Shown: piece after piece, positions 48,187 to 57,997 of the stretch
Layout: each line of letters starts with the position of its first letter
Position numbering within the stretch: the first letter of the stretch is position 1
DNA from: a virus
IMG/VR virus record: IMGVR_UViG_3300037961_005010
Coordinates: 1 to 64,000 of that record
Strand: one strand, 5' to 3'
Length of the DNA stretch: 64,000 nucleotides
Program-made: the position numbers and the translations under genes
Notes under the pieces: model-generated
What the model saw: the letters and a program-made list of their open reading frames with translations, nothing else
What the model was told of the DNA's origin: nothing
The model's database searches: none

Positions 48187-49695
48187 ATGACAAGTACTAT
48201 TAAGCTTAAAAAATCCAGTGTCTCTGGAAATAAGCCAGGCACAAGCGATTTAGAATATGGCGAATTAGCCATTAACTTCGCGGACGGCAAATTATTTTAT
48301 AAAAACAGCTCTAATCAAATTAGATCTTTTGTTGATTCAGGCCTCGTCCAATCTCTTTCTTTAGATAGTTCTGAAGTAATTAATCTAGTTGACTCAGCAT
48401 ATGTTCAAGCTAGACAGACAGTTTCCACATTCGATTCAGATTCAGTAACTAACTTAGTTGACTCAGCATATATTCAAGATAGGCAAATGGGTGTTGGATT
48501 TAACCTATATGAATATAATGCTACTGACAATCAAACTACATTTGAAGATTCAGATATAGCAGGAAATGTGTTATCTTATAGTCAAAATAATATTTTAGTT
48601 CACTATAATGGTGTTTTATTGTCAACGACTGAATATACAGCAACTGACGGATCTTCAGTTGTTTTAGACGATGCTGCTGATTCCGGTGCTATTATAATGA
48701 TAGCACGTTGGAAAGAAGGTGGCCAAGATAGTGCCTCTGGAAGTTCGGGCTCATATGGTGGAGGTGGATCTTCTGGTGGTAGTGGAAATGCTTGGAGTGG
48801 TGATAGAGGACTTATTGGTGGTGGTGAGACCGCAAACAATGGAACGTCAGTAAACGTAATTAATTATATTGATATTACAACTACAGGCAATGCTCAAGAC
48901 TTTGGCGATCTAACGGGTACAAGAGAATCTCTTGGAGCATTAAGTAATCAAACAAGAGGTGTATTTTGTGGTGGTAATTCCGATGGTGCGCGTTCAAATG
49001 TAATGGATTATGTAACAGTAGCGACTACAGGCAACGCTCAAGATTTCGGTGACCTTACGTCTACAAAAAACGCGGTGACAGCAAGTTCCAATGGTACAAT
49101 AGGGATAATTGCAGGTGGTCTTGGAAGTGGTAGCTACCCAAATAATTATAAAAATGAGATAGAAAGTATTACAGTTGCAACGACAGGAAACGCAACTGAT
49201 TTTGGTGACATGACTTATCAAGCTCAAATGCCAACTTCTTTTGCTGACGCAACAAGAGGTGTTATTGCAGGAGGATATAGCACAGCTGCAGCGGGCGATG
49301 TGACAATGAATTATATTACTTTTGCTTCAGCAGGCAATGCTCAAGACTTTGGAGATCTTTCTCAAGGAAGATATCGTTTAGGAAGCTGTTCCGATTCAAC
49401 TCGCGGCGTAACAGCAGGAGGTGGAACGGCTTCATCAAACGGTGTAAATACAATGGATTATGTAGCTATTCAAACAACAGGAAACGCAGTTGACTTTGGC
49501 GATCTTACACAAGAGCGACAAACAAGCGGAATGGCTAATGCTACACGTGGAGTTTTTGCAAGTGGTGATACTAATTCAACATTTTATAATGTTCTTGATT
49601 ATATAACTATTCAAACAACAGGAAACGCTGCAGATTTTGGAGACAATACTGATACATATGGCAAGACTGCTTCATGTTCTGGAAGTGCTTCATAA
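48187..49695 (+). CDS. Tail fibre protein: DS-repeat stalk + TGNAxDFGDL repeat propeller
   Basis: IKLKKS..GELAIN N-terminus, VDSAY repeats, six DY.TI.TTGNA.DFGD repeats. Confidence 0.8.
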   Translation: MTSTIKLKKSSVSGNKPGTSDLEYGELAINFADGKLFYKNSSNQIRSFVDSGLVQSLSLDSSEVINLVDSAYVQARQTVSTFDSDSVTNLVDSAYIQDRQMGVGFNLYEYNATDNQTTFEDSDIAGNVLSYSQNNILVHYNGVLLSTTEYTATDGSSVVLDDAADSGAIIMIARWKEGGQDSASGSSGSYGGGGSSGGSGNAWSGDRGLIGGGETANNGTSVNVINYIDITTTGNAQDFGDLTGTRESLGALSNQTRGVFCGGNSDGARSNVMDYVTVATTGNAQDFGDLTSTKNAVTASSNGTIGIIAGGLGSGSYPNNYKNEIESITVATTGNATDFGDMTYQAQMPTSFADATRGVIAGGYSTAAAGDVTMNYITFASAGNAQDFGDLSQGRYRLGSCSDSTRGVTAGGGTASSNGVNTMDYVAIQTTGNAVDFGDLTQERQTSGMANATRGVFASGDTNSTFYNVLDYITIQTTGNAADFGDNTDTYGKTASCSGSAS

Positions 49696-49704
49696 GGAAA
49701 CGTA

Positions 49705-49712
49705 TATAAATA
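49705..49712 (+). promoter_or_regulatory. T4-type late promoter
   Basis: TATAAATA. Confidence 0.75.
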
Positions 49713-49734
49713 TAAGTAAAAGTGAGAAATAAAA

Positions 49735-50484
49735 ATGCCAAGTTCAATAAATAGACATATTGCTAATTTAGCTCCAGCGATAGATAGTGCTAGTCCTGGT
49801 GATTTCTTAGGTATACATGATAATGGCGGCGGTAATTTTCATCATCAGATAGAAGCAGTTTTTGAAGTTGCGGCTAATGGATCATCTGCTTATACGTTTA
49901 CTGGATCTGGTTTTTCTTCAGGTGTAGATAACCCTACGTTATATCTTCAAAGAGGAGTAAAGTACAGGTTTAATTTAAATCAATCTGGACACCCATTTCA
50001 AATCAGAGTATCAGATGGAGGCAGTGCTTATAGCACTGGTGTAGTAAATAATGGTCAGAGCGGACCAGGAACAGTTACGTTTATTCCTGACATGGGTGCA
50101 CCAAACTCATTAGTTTATCAGTGTACATCTCATGCTGGAATGGTCGGCGACATTATCATTTTAGATAATACTTCATTCTTAGATTCAGCTGCAGCAACAA
50201 GTTTAATTGATTCTACATATGTAGCAGCCAGAGCTGGTGGCGCAGGTGGTGGTTTGGATTCAGCTGGTGTTACTGGAATAGTTGATTCAGCATATGTTGC
50301 TGCAAGATCTAGCGGCGGCGGTGGTGGTGGATCAGGATTCGCTACTGTTAACGTAGCATCTCAAAATTTAACATCCAACATAACAATAGCTGGAAATCAG
50401 AACGGATTATCAGTCGGACCGGTAATAATAGACAGTGGAGTTACAATCACCGTTAATGATGGTGCTAGATACGTGGTAGTTTAA
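49735..50484 (+). CDS. Fibre protein with cupredoxin-like domain and C-terminal docking-type motif
   Basis: NPTLYL.RG..Y.F, GHPFQI, YQCTSHAGM; LDSA repeats; C-terminal N.TI..N.LSVGP.IIDSGVTITV. Confidence 0.7.
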   Translation: MPSSINRHIANLAPAIDSASPGDFLGIHDNGGGNFHHQIEAVFEVAANGSSAYTFTGSGFSSGVDNPTLYLQRGVKYRFNLNQSGHPFQIRVSDGGSAYSTGVVNNGQSGPGTVTFIPDMGAPNSLVYQCTSHAGMVGDIIILDNTSFLDSAAATSLIDSTYVAARAGGAGGGLDSAGVTGIVDSAYVAARSSGGGGGGSGFATVNVASQNLTSNITIAGNQNGLSVGPVIIDSGVTITVNDGARYVVV

Positions 50485-50485
50485 A

Positions 50486-51646
50486 ATGGCTGGACCCTTA
50501 AAAAGCGACATCATTCAGGTAAACTCAGGAACTGATCCAGTAGAATTTCCTCAAGGAATTACGATCGATAACAAAGAGTTAAGCGATCCTAGTTTAGCTG
50601 TTTCAATTATAGATTCAACAGGATTTCCAGATAGCGCTGATTGGGTAAATGGCCAACTTTGGTACGATAGTGCTAACAGTCACATGAACATATACACTCC
50701 AGATGGTTGGAGAACATTTGCCGGTGGATATGCAGTTCCTAGAGATGTAGGTCCTAATAGTGGAGACAGAGCAATTGTCTTTAATGCTTCTTCTGGTACT
50801 GGTGCTAATTATGGAAATAAAATTGAGTACTTTGACATAACTTCCACAGGTAACGCAGCGTCATTTGGTATAATGACTACTGCTAATGGCCAGTCTGGGC
50901 CTCACGGTGCAATTAGTAATGGCACTTATTGTATTAATGCTGAAACAAGAGCTCCATCCACTGGTTATTATGAGCTTGAGTATGTAGTTTCAGCAACAAC
51001 AGGTAACGCTCAAGATTTTGGATCTTTAGCTAGTTTAGCTTATTCAGGAAAATCTGGAGTCAGCGATGGAGCTTCCGGATATTACACAGGAAGTAATCAA
51101 ACAACCTCACAAATAGAAACACTTAACCTTGCAACTCAAAGTGATGCATCACTTGATTCATACACATCAGTTAGAAAACAAAACGGAGCTGCTTGGGCAA
51201 CTATAACTGGAGCGAGAGGAATATGGGCAGGTGGAACCAGCTCTACTACTTACTCCAATGAAATGTTTTACTTAGCATTACCAATTGTGGCTAACTCTAC
51301 AGACCGTGGTGATTTGACAGTTGGAAGAAACTACCCTGTAGCAGGTGGAAATGACGACTATATGGTTATAGGAGGGGGGTGGACTGGTTCTGCCAGTAAT
51401 GTCATAGATTACACAACAATGGGAACTTCAGGAAACGCAGTTGACTTTGGCGACTTAACTGTTTCAAGATACGCTGGTTGTTCTACTAACACGACAAGAT
51501 CATGTTTTATGGGTGGTTATAACGGTTCAACTAGAGTTAACACTATAGACTATATAACTATAGCTACTCCGGGAAATGCTTATGACTTTGGAGATATGAC
51601 GGATGGTGGAAATCATGCTAGAGGTACTTCAGGAGCTGCGTCATGA
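50486..51646 (+). CDS. Short-adaptor fibre protein with TGNAxDFGDL propeller
   Basis: G.LWYDS...NIY..GW adaptor; repeat propeller. Confidence 0.75.
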   Translation: MAGPLKSDIIQVNSGTDPVEFPQGITIDNKELSDPSLAVSIIDSTGFPDSADWVNGQLWYDSANSHMNIYTPDGWRTFAGGYAVPRDVGPNSGDRAIVFNASSGTGANYGNKIEYFDITSTGNAASFGIMTTANGQSGPHGAISNGTYCINAETRAPSTGYYELEYVVSATTGNAQDFGSLASLAYSGKSGVSDGASGYYTGSNQTTSQIETLNLATQSDASLDSYTSVRKQNGAAWATITGARGIWAGGTSSTTYSNEMFYLALPIVANSTDRGDLTVGRNYPVAGGNDDYMVIGGGWTGSASNVIDYTTMGTSGNAVDFGDLTVSRYAGCSTNTTRSCFMGGYNGSTRVNTIDYITIATPGNAYDFGDMTDGGNHARGTSGAAS

Positions 51647-52845
51647 GTCAAGTTAGAGTAGAAAGAATAGTTTCACTGAACGACTCTGCTGCGCCGGATT
51701 TTCCTACTGGCTTTACCGTTACAGGACAAACTTTAGATGAGAAATATCCAAAAAACATATTTGTAAAAGGTGTCGTAGATTCATCTGGTACTCCTGAAGA
51801 TAGTAGTAGCGGGCTTTATTGGTGGAACGCAGATCATGATAGTGGAAAAGGTCTCCTTGCAGTTAATGTGAAGGGAAGTTGGATAGGTGTAACTAAATAT
51901 GTAGAACCTCCAGTTCCTACTCCAGGTTGGTTAGGAAATAGAGCTCACTTAGCAGGTGGAGCTTTTCCAAATGATAGTACTATACAATACTATGACATTA
52001 CTACACCAGGAAACTCTACAGACTTCGGAGACTTAACATCTAATTTTTGGGGTAAAGGTACAGCATCAAGTGGTACAACAATTGTAAGCGCAGGTGGAAA
52101 TAGATATGATGGAAGTTATACTACTGGAAATCAAATCGACACTTGGACTTCTGCTACTCCGGGAAATGCAACTGATTTTGGTGACTTAAGTCAAGGTAGA
52201 CAAGACGTCGCTGCTACAGGCGATGGAACCTATGGTATTTGGGGCGGAGGCAGAACTGGTAACTCTAGCACTACTTATGTAAATACTATAGACTATGTGA
52301 CAATAGCTTCCGCCGGAAACGCAGCAGATTGGGGAGATTTAACAATTTCAAGATGGGGTTTATCAGCAGGAGGAGATGCAACTCGAGGACTTTACATAGG
52401 TGGTAAGTATCCGTACGATTATGGTGGTTCCTCTCCAGATCCTCAACAATCTAATGTAGTAGATTATATTACATACGCAACAGCTGGAAACGCAGTTGAC
52501 TTTGGAGATATGTTAGAGGCACATGAGTTAGCTCAAAACGGAATGGTTACGTCTGCAACGAGATCTCTAAGAGGCGGAGGAGAAAACACATCAACTAGTT
52601 CTATAGAGTACTATACAACTGCAACAACCGGTAATGGTACTGACTTTGGAGATTTAACTGCTAATAGATATCATTTAGCAGGAGCAAGCAACGGAACTTA
52701 CGGAACATTTGCAGCAGGAACAACTGGAAGCTATTCAAATGTAATAGAATATGTAACAATAGCAACTACAGGAAATGCTATAGATTTCGGTGACACCTAT
52801 GCTGCTAAATACGCGCTTTCAGGCGCAGCGGGGAATGCATCATGA
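51643..52845 (+). CDS. Short-adaptor fibre protein with TGNAxDFGDL propeller
   Basis: Six repeats ending AGNAS. Confidence 0.75.
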   Translation: MSQVRVERIVSLNDSAAPDFPTGFTVTGQTLDEKYPKNIFVKGVVDSSGTPEDSSSGLYWWNADHDSGKGLLAVNVKGSWIGVTKYVEPPVPTPGWLGNRAHLAGGAFPNDSTIQYYDITTPGNSTDFGDLTSNFWGKGTASSGTTIVSAGGNRYDGSYTTGNQIDTWTSATPGNATDFGDLSQGRQDVAATGDGTYGIWGGGRTGNSSTTYVNTIDYVTIASAGNAADWGDLTISRWGLSAGGDATRGLYIGGKYPYDYGGSSPDPQQSNVVDYITYATAGNAVDFGDMLEAHELAQNGMVTSATRSLRGGGENTSTSSIEYYTTATTGNGTDFGDLTANRYHLAGASNGTYGTFAAGTTGSYSNVIEYVTIATTGNAIDFGDTYAAKYALSGAAGNAS

Positions 52846-53837
52846 GTAAATTAAAAGTAGATAAAATATTCGGATCAAATAGCACAACAAAGCCTAATTT
52901 TCCACATAGTCTTGTTGATGGTTCATCTAAATTAGGAGGCGGCAGTTTTGTTGCCGATACGAATGCAAATTTTCCACTTTCAGCCGAATCAGGTGGAACT
53001 AGCCTGGCTGGTGATTTCTTTTATGATACAACCTTTAACAATCTTTTTATGTACATAAACGACTCTATTGGCTATGAGAACATAAGTCTTACAGATTCTG
53101 CAGACGCCGCAGCCGGGCCTGGTTTGATTTATGTAGGTAAGGAGCAGTGGACTACGACTAATGGTAATACAGGAACTTTTACTTTTTCTAATTTGGATGA
53201 GGCAAACGGAACTAACTATACAGTACAAGCAGGAGACTTGATAGTTTTAGTTTTTGGTAGAGGTAATACATCTGGATACTACATTAGTAACACACCTTCA
53301 GACGAACTTGGTAACTTCACATTTCTATCCGGTGCTAAAATGGGAGGAAGTGATTCTTATGATCATGATCACGCTATATTCTACAGATACGTTACTGCTA
53401 GTGACATTTCAACTGGATCTGTAAGTCATCATCCTGATAACTACGGCACTCCTTCCTATCAAGCGTGCGCTTTTCACTTTTTAGTTTTTAGAGGTGTAAC
53501 TGGAATTGATAATGGAAAAGGCACCCAATATAACAATAATTCTCGTTATCAAAATACTAATTATAATCAGACAACTCTCGATGCCGCGGGTCAATTTATC
53601 ATTTTTTCAGCTGCTAATGGTTGGTACAGCAGTAGTGGAGTTCACACTACAGCTAGTTCAAATTATGAAACTGATCCTGGCCAAATTTCAAATTATGTTA
53701 ACGACACTGATGATATTAACATGCAGACTTGGATCTATAAATCGACTGCGGCTGAAACTTGGGGCAATCCTAGCTTTTCATCACCTTCAACCACATCATC
53801 ATCTGATTCAACACTAGTTTCATGCAGGGTGTACTAA
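52842..53837 (+). CDS. Short-adaptor fibre protein with a different (non-propeller) C-terminal domain
   Basis: Adaptor GDFFYD...YINDSIG...LTDS shared with neighbours; C-terminal GDLIVL..., FRGV beta domain. Confidence 0.7.
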   Translation: MSKLKVDKIFGSNSTTKPNFPHSLVDGSSKLGGGSFVADTNANFPLSAESGGTSLAGDFFYDTTFNNLFMYINDSIGYENISLTDSADAAAGPGLIYVGKEQWTTTNGNTGTFTFSNLDEANGTNYTVQAGDLIVLVFGRGNTSGYYISNTPSDELGNFTFLSGAKMGGSDSYDHDHAIFYRYVTASDISTGSVSHHPDNYGTPSYQACAFHFLVFRGVTGIDNGKGTQYNNNSRYQNTNYNQTTLDAAGQFIIFSAANGWYSSSGVHTTASSNYETDPGQISNYVNDTDDINMQTWIYKSTAAETWGNPSFSSPSTTSSSDSTLVSCRVY

Positions 53838-53838
53838 T

Positions 53839-55023
53839 ATGTCAACATTAAAAACAAATAAAATATCTGGAGTAGTTTTAACGACAACCGAAGCTCCGTT
53901 TGATGTTCAGATTGGGCCCAACTCTTTACCTCGAGCTTTTACAATAAATTTTACAGTAGATAGTACAGGTGCTCTACCTGATTCTGCTGGAGCAGGTGGC
54001 ACTGCTGAAATAGGACACTGGTTTTATGATTCTACAGGTGATTCTACTAATGACATTTTAAAGTTTTATGTCAATGATTCTATTGGCTGGGTTAACTTAG
54101 GTTTGACAGATTCTGCTGTGACAGCTGCCACCCCGGCCTCTTGGATGGGTGATAGAGCTCTTTTTCAACAAAGTACGAATCCTGCCAATCACGTAGACTA
54201 CTTGTCTATAGATACTCTAGGTAATGGAGCAGACTTTGGTGATGATTATTTAAACAGGAATTCATGTGCTGGAACATCAAATGGATCTAGAGGATTATTT
54301 TTTGGTGGAAACTCTAGTGGTTATTATACAAAAATAACATATTATACGATTGCTGTAGCAAGTAACTATACAGATTTTGGAAGTATGAACGCTCCGGGCT
54401 CACGATACGGGGATGCTGTAGGAGATGGTACATACGCAGTTGCAAGCAACGGTTACAGCACAAGCCATGCTGCTATGGATTATGTAACAGTAGCTACTAC
54501 AGGAAATGGAACGGACTTTGGAGATTTAACTGTACCTGGCACACAGTTAGCCGCTGCAAATGATGCGACCCGTGGTCTTTTTATGGGAAGATACTACGGT
54601 AGTACTCAACAAAGTGTTATCGACTATATAACAATTGCAACCCCTGGGAATGCTGTTGATTTTGGCGATCTTGCTACTCCAAGAACTCGATTAGCTATGG
54701 GGATTGGTGATGAAACATATGGTATATATGCTGGAGGTTATAACGGAAGCGCCCGTGAAGAAGACATAGACTATGTTACTATACAAACTCTTGGAAACAT
54801 GACAGCTTTTGGTAACTTAACTTCAATTAGAAGCCAATCGGGAACGGCTAACAGTCCAACAGTTGGAGGTACAGGCCGAGGCTTGTTTGCTGGAGGTTAC
54901 ACCACAACTCAAGTATCGTCTATAGATTATATAACAACTTCTTCTACAGGAAATGGTGCTGACTTCGGCGATCTAACTTATTCACTGAGTAATATAGCTG
55001 GTTGTGCTGGATCTAGTAGTTGA
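53839..55023 (+). CDS. Short-adaptor fibre protein with TGNAxDFGDL propeller
   Basis: MSTLKT.KI adaptor; six repeats. Confidence 0.75.
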   Translation: MSTLKTNKISGVVLTTTEAPFDVQIGPNSLPRAFTINFTVDSTGALPDSAGAGGTAEIGHWFYDSTGDSTNDILKFYVNDSIGWVNLGLTDSAVTAATPASWMGDRALFQQSTNPANHVDYLSIDTLGNGADFGDDYLNRNSCAGTSNGSRGLFFGGNSSGYYTKITYYTIAVASNYTDFGSMNAPGSRYGDAVGDGTYAVASNGYSTSHAAMDYVTVATTGNGTDFGDLTVPGTQLAAANDATRGLFMGRYYGSTQQSVIDYITIATPGNAVDFGDLATPRTRLAMGIGDETYGIYAGGYNGSAREEDIDYVTIQTLGNMTAFGNLTSIRSQSGTANSPTVGGTGRGLFAGGYTTTQVSSIDYITTSSTGNGADFGDLTYSLSNIAGCAGSSS

Positions 55024-55037
55024 ATTAGGAGTTAAAA

Positions 55038-56285
55038 ATGTCAACACTTAAAACCTCTAAATTATCTGGCATAGTAGACGCTAAGCTTGGGATTAAAGTA
55101 AACAATAGAAACTTAAAGGCTAACTTTCATGTAGATAGTTCTAGTGGTGCACCTTTGTCAGTAGACTCAGGAGGTAATGCTCAACCAGGAGACTATTTTT
55201 GGGATTCAGATAACAGTTCTTTAAAGGTTTACGTAAACGATAGTTATGGGTGGACTAATATTGGTTTGACAGATTCTTCAGGAGCAGGACCTTCAAACGC
55301 AGACACTGCATTTATATTAGGTGGAATCTATTACTTTTCATCTGGATCTGGAAATTGGAATGTGCCAGACAACAATATTGAACAGATTAATTTTGAAACT
55401 TTAGGAAACGCTACAGACTTTGCTGATTTTACTATTACAGGTACGACGGACCCTTACGGATATCCACGAAAAGGTGTTGCTGAAATAGTAGCTGGTGGCG
55501 ATCATAATAGAATTGTAATGGGCGCAGCTAGCGTTACAAATGTTAGTCATCAGACTGGTGACTTTGAAACTGGCATTGGCATACATTATATAACGTGTGC
55601 AACTGCAGCCAATTCAACTCAGTTTGGTAATTTACAATCAGCGTCATATCACAATGAAATGGGCGGTGATGGTGGAAATGGAGTTATGCACTTTAGAAAT
55701 ACTGGTAGTCAATCCTTTACTACTTTGCAACAAGTTACAATTCAAACAACTGGAGATGCTACTGACTTCATAGATTTACAAATGACAAATATGTCATATG
55801 GTGGAGTAAGCACAAACGATACTAGAGGCATTGCCTTTGGAGGTAGACGAAGCAATTATTACGAGTCTCACATAGATTATTTTACTCCTGGAAATGCATC
55901 AGTAGCAGCTGCTGACTTCGGTGATCTTATAACAGGTAATAATAAACCAGCAGTAACAAACGACAATTTAAATAGAACAGTTTATGCTGATATGTACCAA
56001 GGGACGCTTAGCTCAACATCTGGCTCAGTATCAAATACTATAAGCTATATTGACACTGCTACTCCGAGCAACGCTGCAGATTTTGGCGACTTAACAGTAT
56101 CACAGCAAGGTATGGGTGCTTCAGCCAGTAATACTAGAGCTGTATTTTTTGGAGGATCAATAAACACCGGAGTCAATGCTGATACTACTATATGCTACGT
56201 AACAATAGCTACGCCAGGTAACGCATCTGATTTTGGCGATTGCTCACCTAGAAGAGAAACGACTGGTTCTGAAGGAATAGGCTAA
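55038..56285 (+). CDS. Short-adaptor fibre protein with variant propeller (ends SEGIG)
   Basis: Repeats; propeller closely similar to 62735-63988. Confidence 0.75.
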   Translation: MSTLKTSKLSGIVDAKLGIKVNNRNLKANFHVDSSSGAPLSVDSGGNAQPGDYFWDSDNSSLKVYVNDSYGWTNIGLTDSSGAGPSNADTAFILGGIYYFSSGSGNWNVPDNNIEQINFETLGNATDFADFTITGTTDPYGYPRKGVAEIVAGGDHNRIVMGAASVTNVSHQTGDFETGIGIHYITCATAANSTQFGNLQSASYHNEMGGDGGNGVMHFRNTGSQSFTTLQQVTIQTTGDATDFIDLQMTNMSYGGVSTNDTRGIAFGGRRSNYYESHIDYFTPGNASVAAADFGDLITGNNKPAVTNDNLNRTVYADMYQGTLSSTSGSVSNTISYIDTATPSNAADFGDLTVSQQGMGASASNTRAVFFGGSINTGVNADTTICYVTIATPGNASDFGDCSPRRETTGSEGIG

Positions 56286-56315
56286 AAATTTAATTTTATT
56301 CTTTCATCATAACAA

Positions 56316-56332
56316 TATAAATACTATAAATA
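56316..56332 (+). promoter_or_regulatory. Tandem T4-type late promoters
   Basis: TATAAATA at 56316-56323 and 56325-56332. Confidence 0.75.
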
Positions 56333-56354
56333 AGAGAGAAGTTAGGAATAGAAA

Positions 56355-57974
56355 ATGGTGACAAACAGAAAGCTCGCTGACTTAGGTTCTGCAGTAGACA
56401 GCGCGGCTACTGGTAATTTTCTCACAGTTGATGATTCTGGAGGTAAGTTCAGATCGATAGCATACTCAGAGATAGCTAGTAGACCAACTGTTTTAGATTC
56501 AGCTGCAGCTCAAGCTATAATAGACTCATCTTATATTCAAGCGAGACAGACAGACGTAGGGCTAGATTCGAGTCAAATTACGAGTTTAGTCGACTCTTCA
56601 TACATCACTGCTAGACAATCTACAACAGGCTTAGATTCAGCCGGTGCACTTAATCTAGTAGACTCTGCATATCTCTCAGCAAGATCAACAACAGGTTTAG
56701 ACTCATCAAAAGTAACTAATTTAATAGACTCAGATTATATATCTGGAAAAGCTGCAGTAAATTCAGGTTTTAAAACTTTTACATATTTTGCTTCAGATGG
56801 GCAAACAGACTTTTCAGGATCTGATTATAACGGTGAGGTTTTGTCTTACACCGCAGATGGTATTATAGTCTGGCTTAATGGCGTGCAGATACTTGATACT
56901 GATGACTACACAGCTTCTAATGGAACAAGCGTTGCTTTAACGGCCGGTGCTGATTCAGGAGCAAGTTTAGTTGTAGGCAGCTGGGCGCTAGGAGGAAGTG
57001 GCAGTAGCGGTGGAGTTTTTTATGGAGACAGGGCTTTTATAGGTGATGGTACATCAGGTACTCCTGCTGATGGACAAGTAGATTACTTTGATATAACAAC
57101 TACATCAAACGCTGCTGACTTTGGAGATTTCCAAACCACCAGTACAAACACTATTAATCATTCATGTTCTGTAAGTAATGCTACAAATATAGTTTTTTAT
57201 GAGCAATCAACTAACGCAGGTAGTTCTAATGACTACCAAACAATATCAGTAATAACATGTGCAACTGTAGGGAACGCATCAGACTTCGGTGATCAGTATC
57301 ATTATAGGTATGGCTCTGGTGGTGCATCAAATGGTGTGACTGGAATGTTTGCAGGTGGTTGGGGTCGACCAGGATCAAACAGTGGAGCGACAGCTGCCCC
57401 ATTAGATGAGATTGATTATGTGACAATAGCCACGGCCGGAAACGCTACAGATTGGGGAAGTACTCTTTCATCTGGAAGATACGGAATGACTAATGCCGGA
57501 ATAAGCAATGCAGATAAAGCCGTATATGTAGGAGGTGCTATTGGCGCTCCATCTTATGCAGCTCAAAATACAATAGAAACTTTTACATGGACTGTCGGAT
57601 CAAGTGCTACAGATTTTGGAGATTTAACATCAGGAACTTTAGATCACGCATGTGCTCAAAGCACTACGAGAGGATTAATTGCTGGTGGTACATCTGGCAC
57701 TCTTAGTAACGCATATAATACTATAGAATACATAACAATAGCTTCTCCAGGAAATGCTACAGATTTTGGTGATTTGACTACAAACAAATCTAGAAATGCT
57801 GGGTGTAGTAACACGACTAGAGCAGTGTTTGGAGGAGGTTTTTCAGCTTCTCCTATAAATGAAGTAAACGTAATCGAGTATGTAACAATTGCAACTACAG
57901 GCAATGCTCAAGATTTTGGAGATTTGACTACAGTAAAAGACCGCTGTTTCGCTGATACTGGAAATGCGTCATAG
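56355..57974 (+). CDS. Long-stalk fibre protein: LDS/VDS repeats + propeller
   Basis: RKLADLG, four LDS..VDS.Y..AR units, GQT.F..NG..LSY domain, repeat propeller. Confidence 0.8.
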   Translation: MVTNRKLADLGSAVDSAATGNFLTVDDSGGKFRSIAYSEIASRPTVLDSAAAQAIIDSSYIQARQTDVGLDSSQITSLVDSSYITARQSTTGLDSAGALNLVDSAYLSARSTTGLDSSKVTNLIDSDYISGKAAVNSGFKTFTYFASDGQTDFSGSDYNGEVLSYTADGIIVWLNGVQILDTDDYTASNGTSVALTAGADSGASLVVGSWALGGSGSSGGVFYGDRAFIGDGTSGTPADGQVDYFDITTTSNAADFGDFQTTSTNTINHSCSVSNATNIVFYEQSTNAGSSNDYQTISVITCATVGNASDFGDQYHYRYGSGGASNGVTGMFAGGWGRPGSNSGATAAPLDEIDYVTIATAGNATDWGSTLSSGRYGMTNAGISNADKAVYVGGAIGAPSYAAQNTIETFTWTVGSSATDFGDLTSGTLDHACAQSTTRGLIAGGTSGTLSNAYNTIEYITIASPGNATDFGDLTTNKSRNAGCSNTTRAVFGGGFSASPINEVNVIEYVTIATTGNAQDFGDLTTVKDRCFADTGNAS

Positions 57975-57997
57975 TAAAGTTTAAAGGAAAGTAATAA
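57960..57997 (+). repeat. 38-bp gene-junction direct repeat, copy 1
   Basis: GGAAATGCGTCATAGTAAAG(T/C)TTAAAGGAAAGTAATAA, one mismatch to 62697-62734. Confidence 0.85.
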
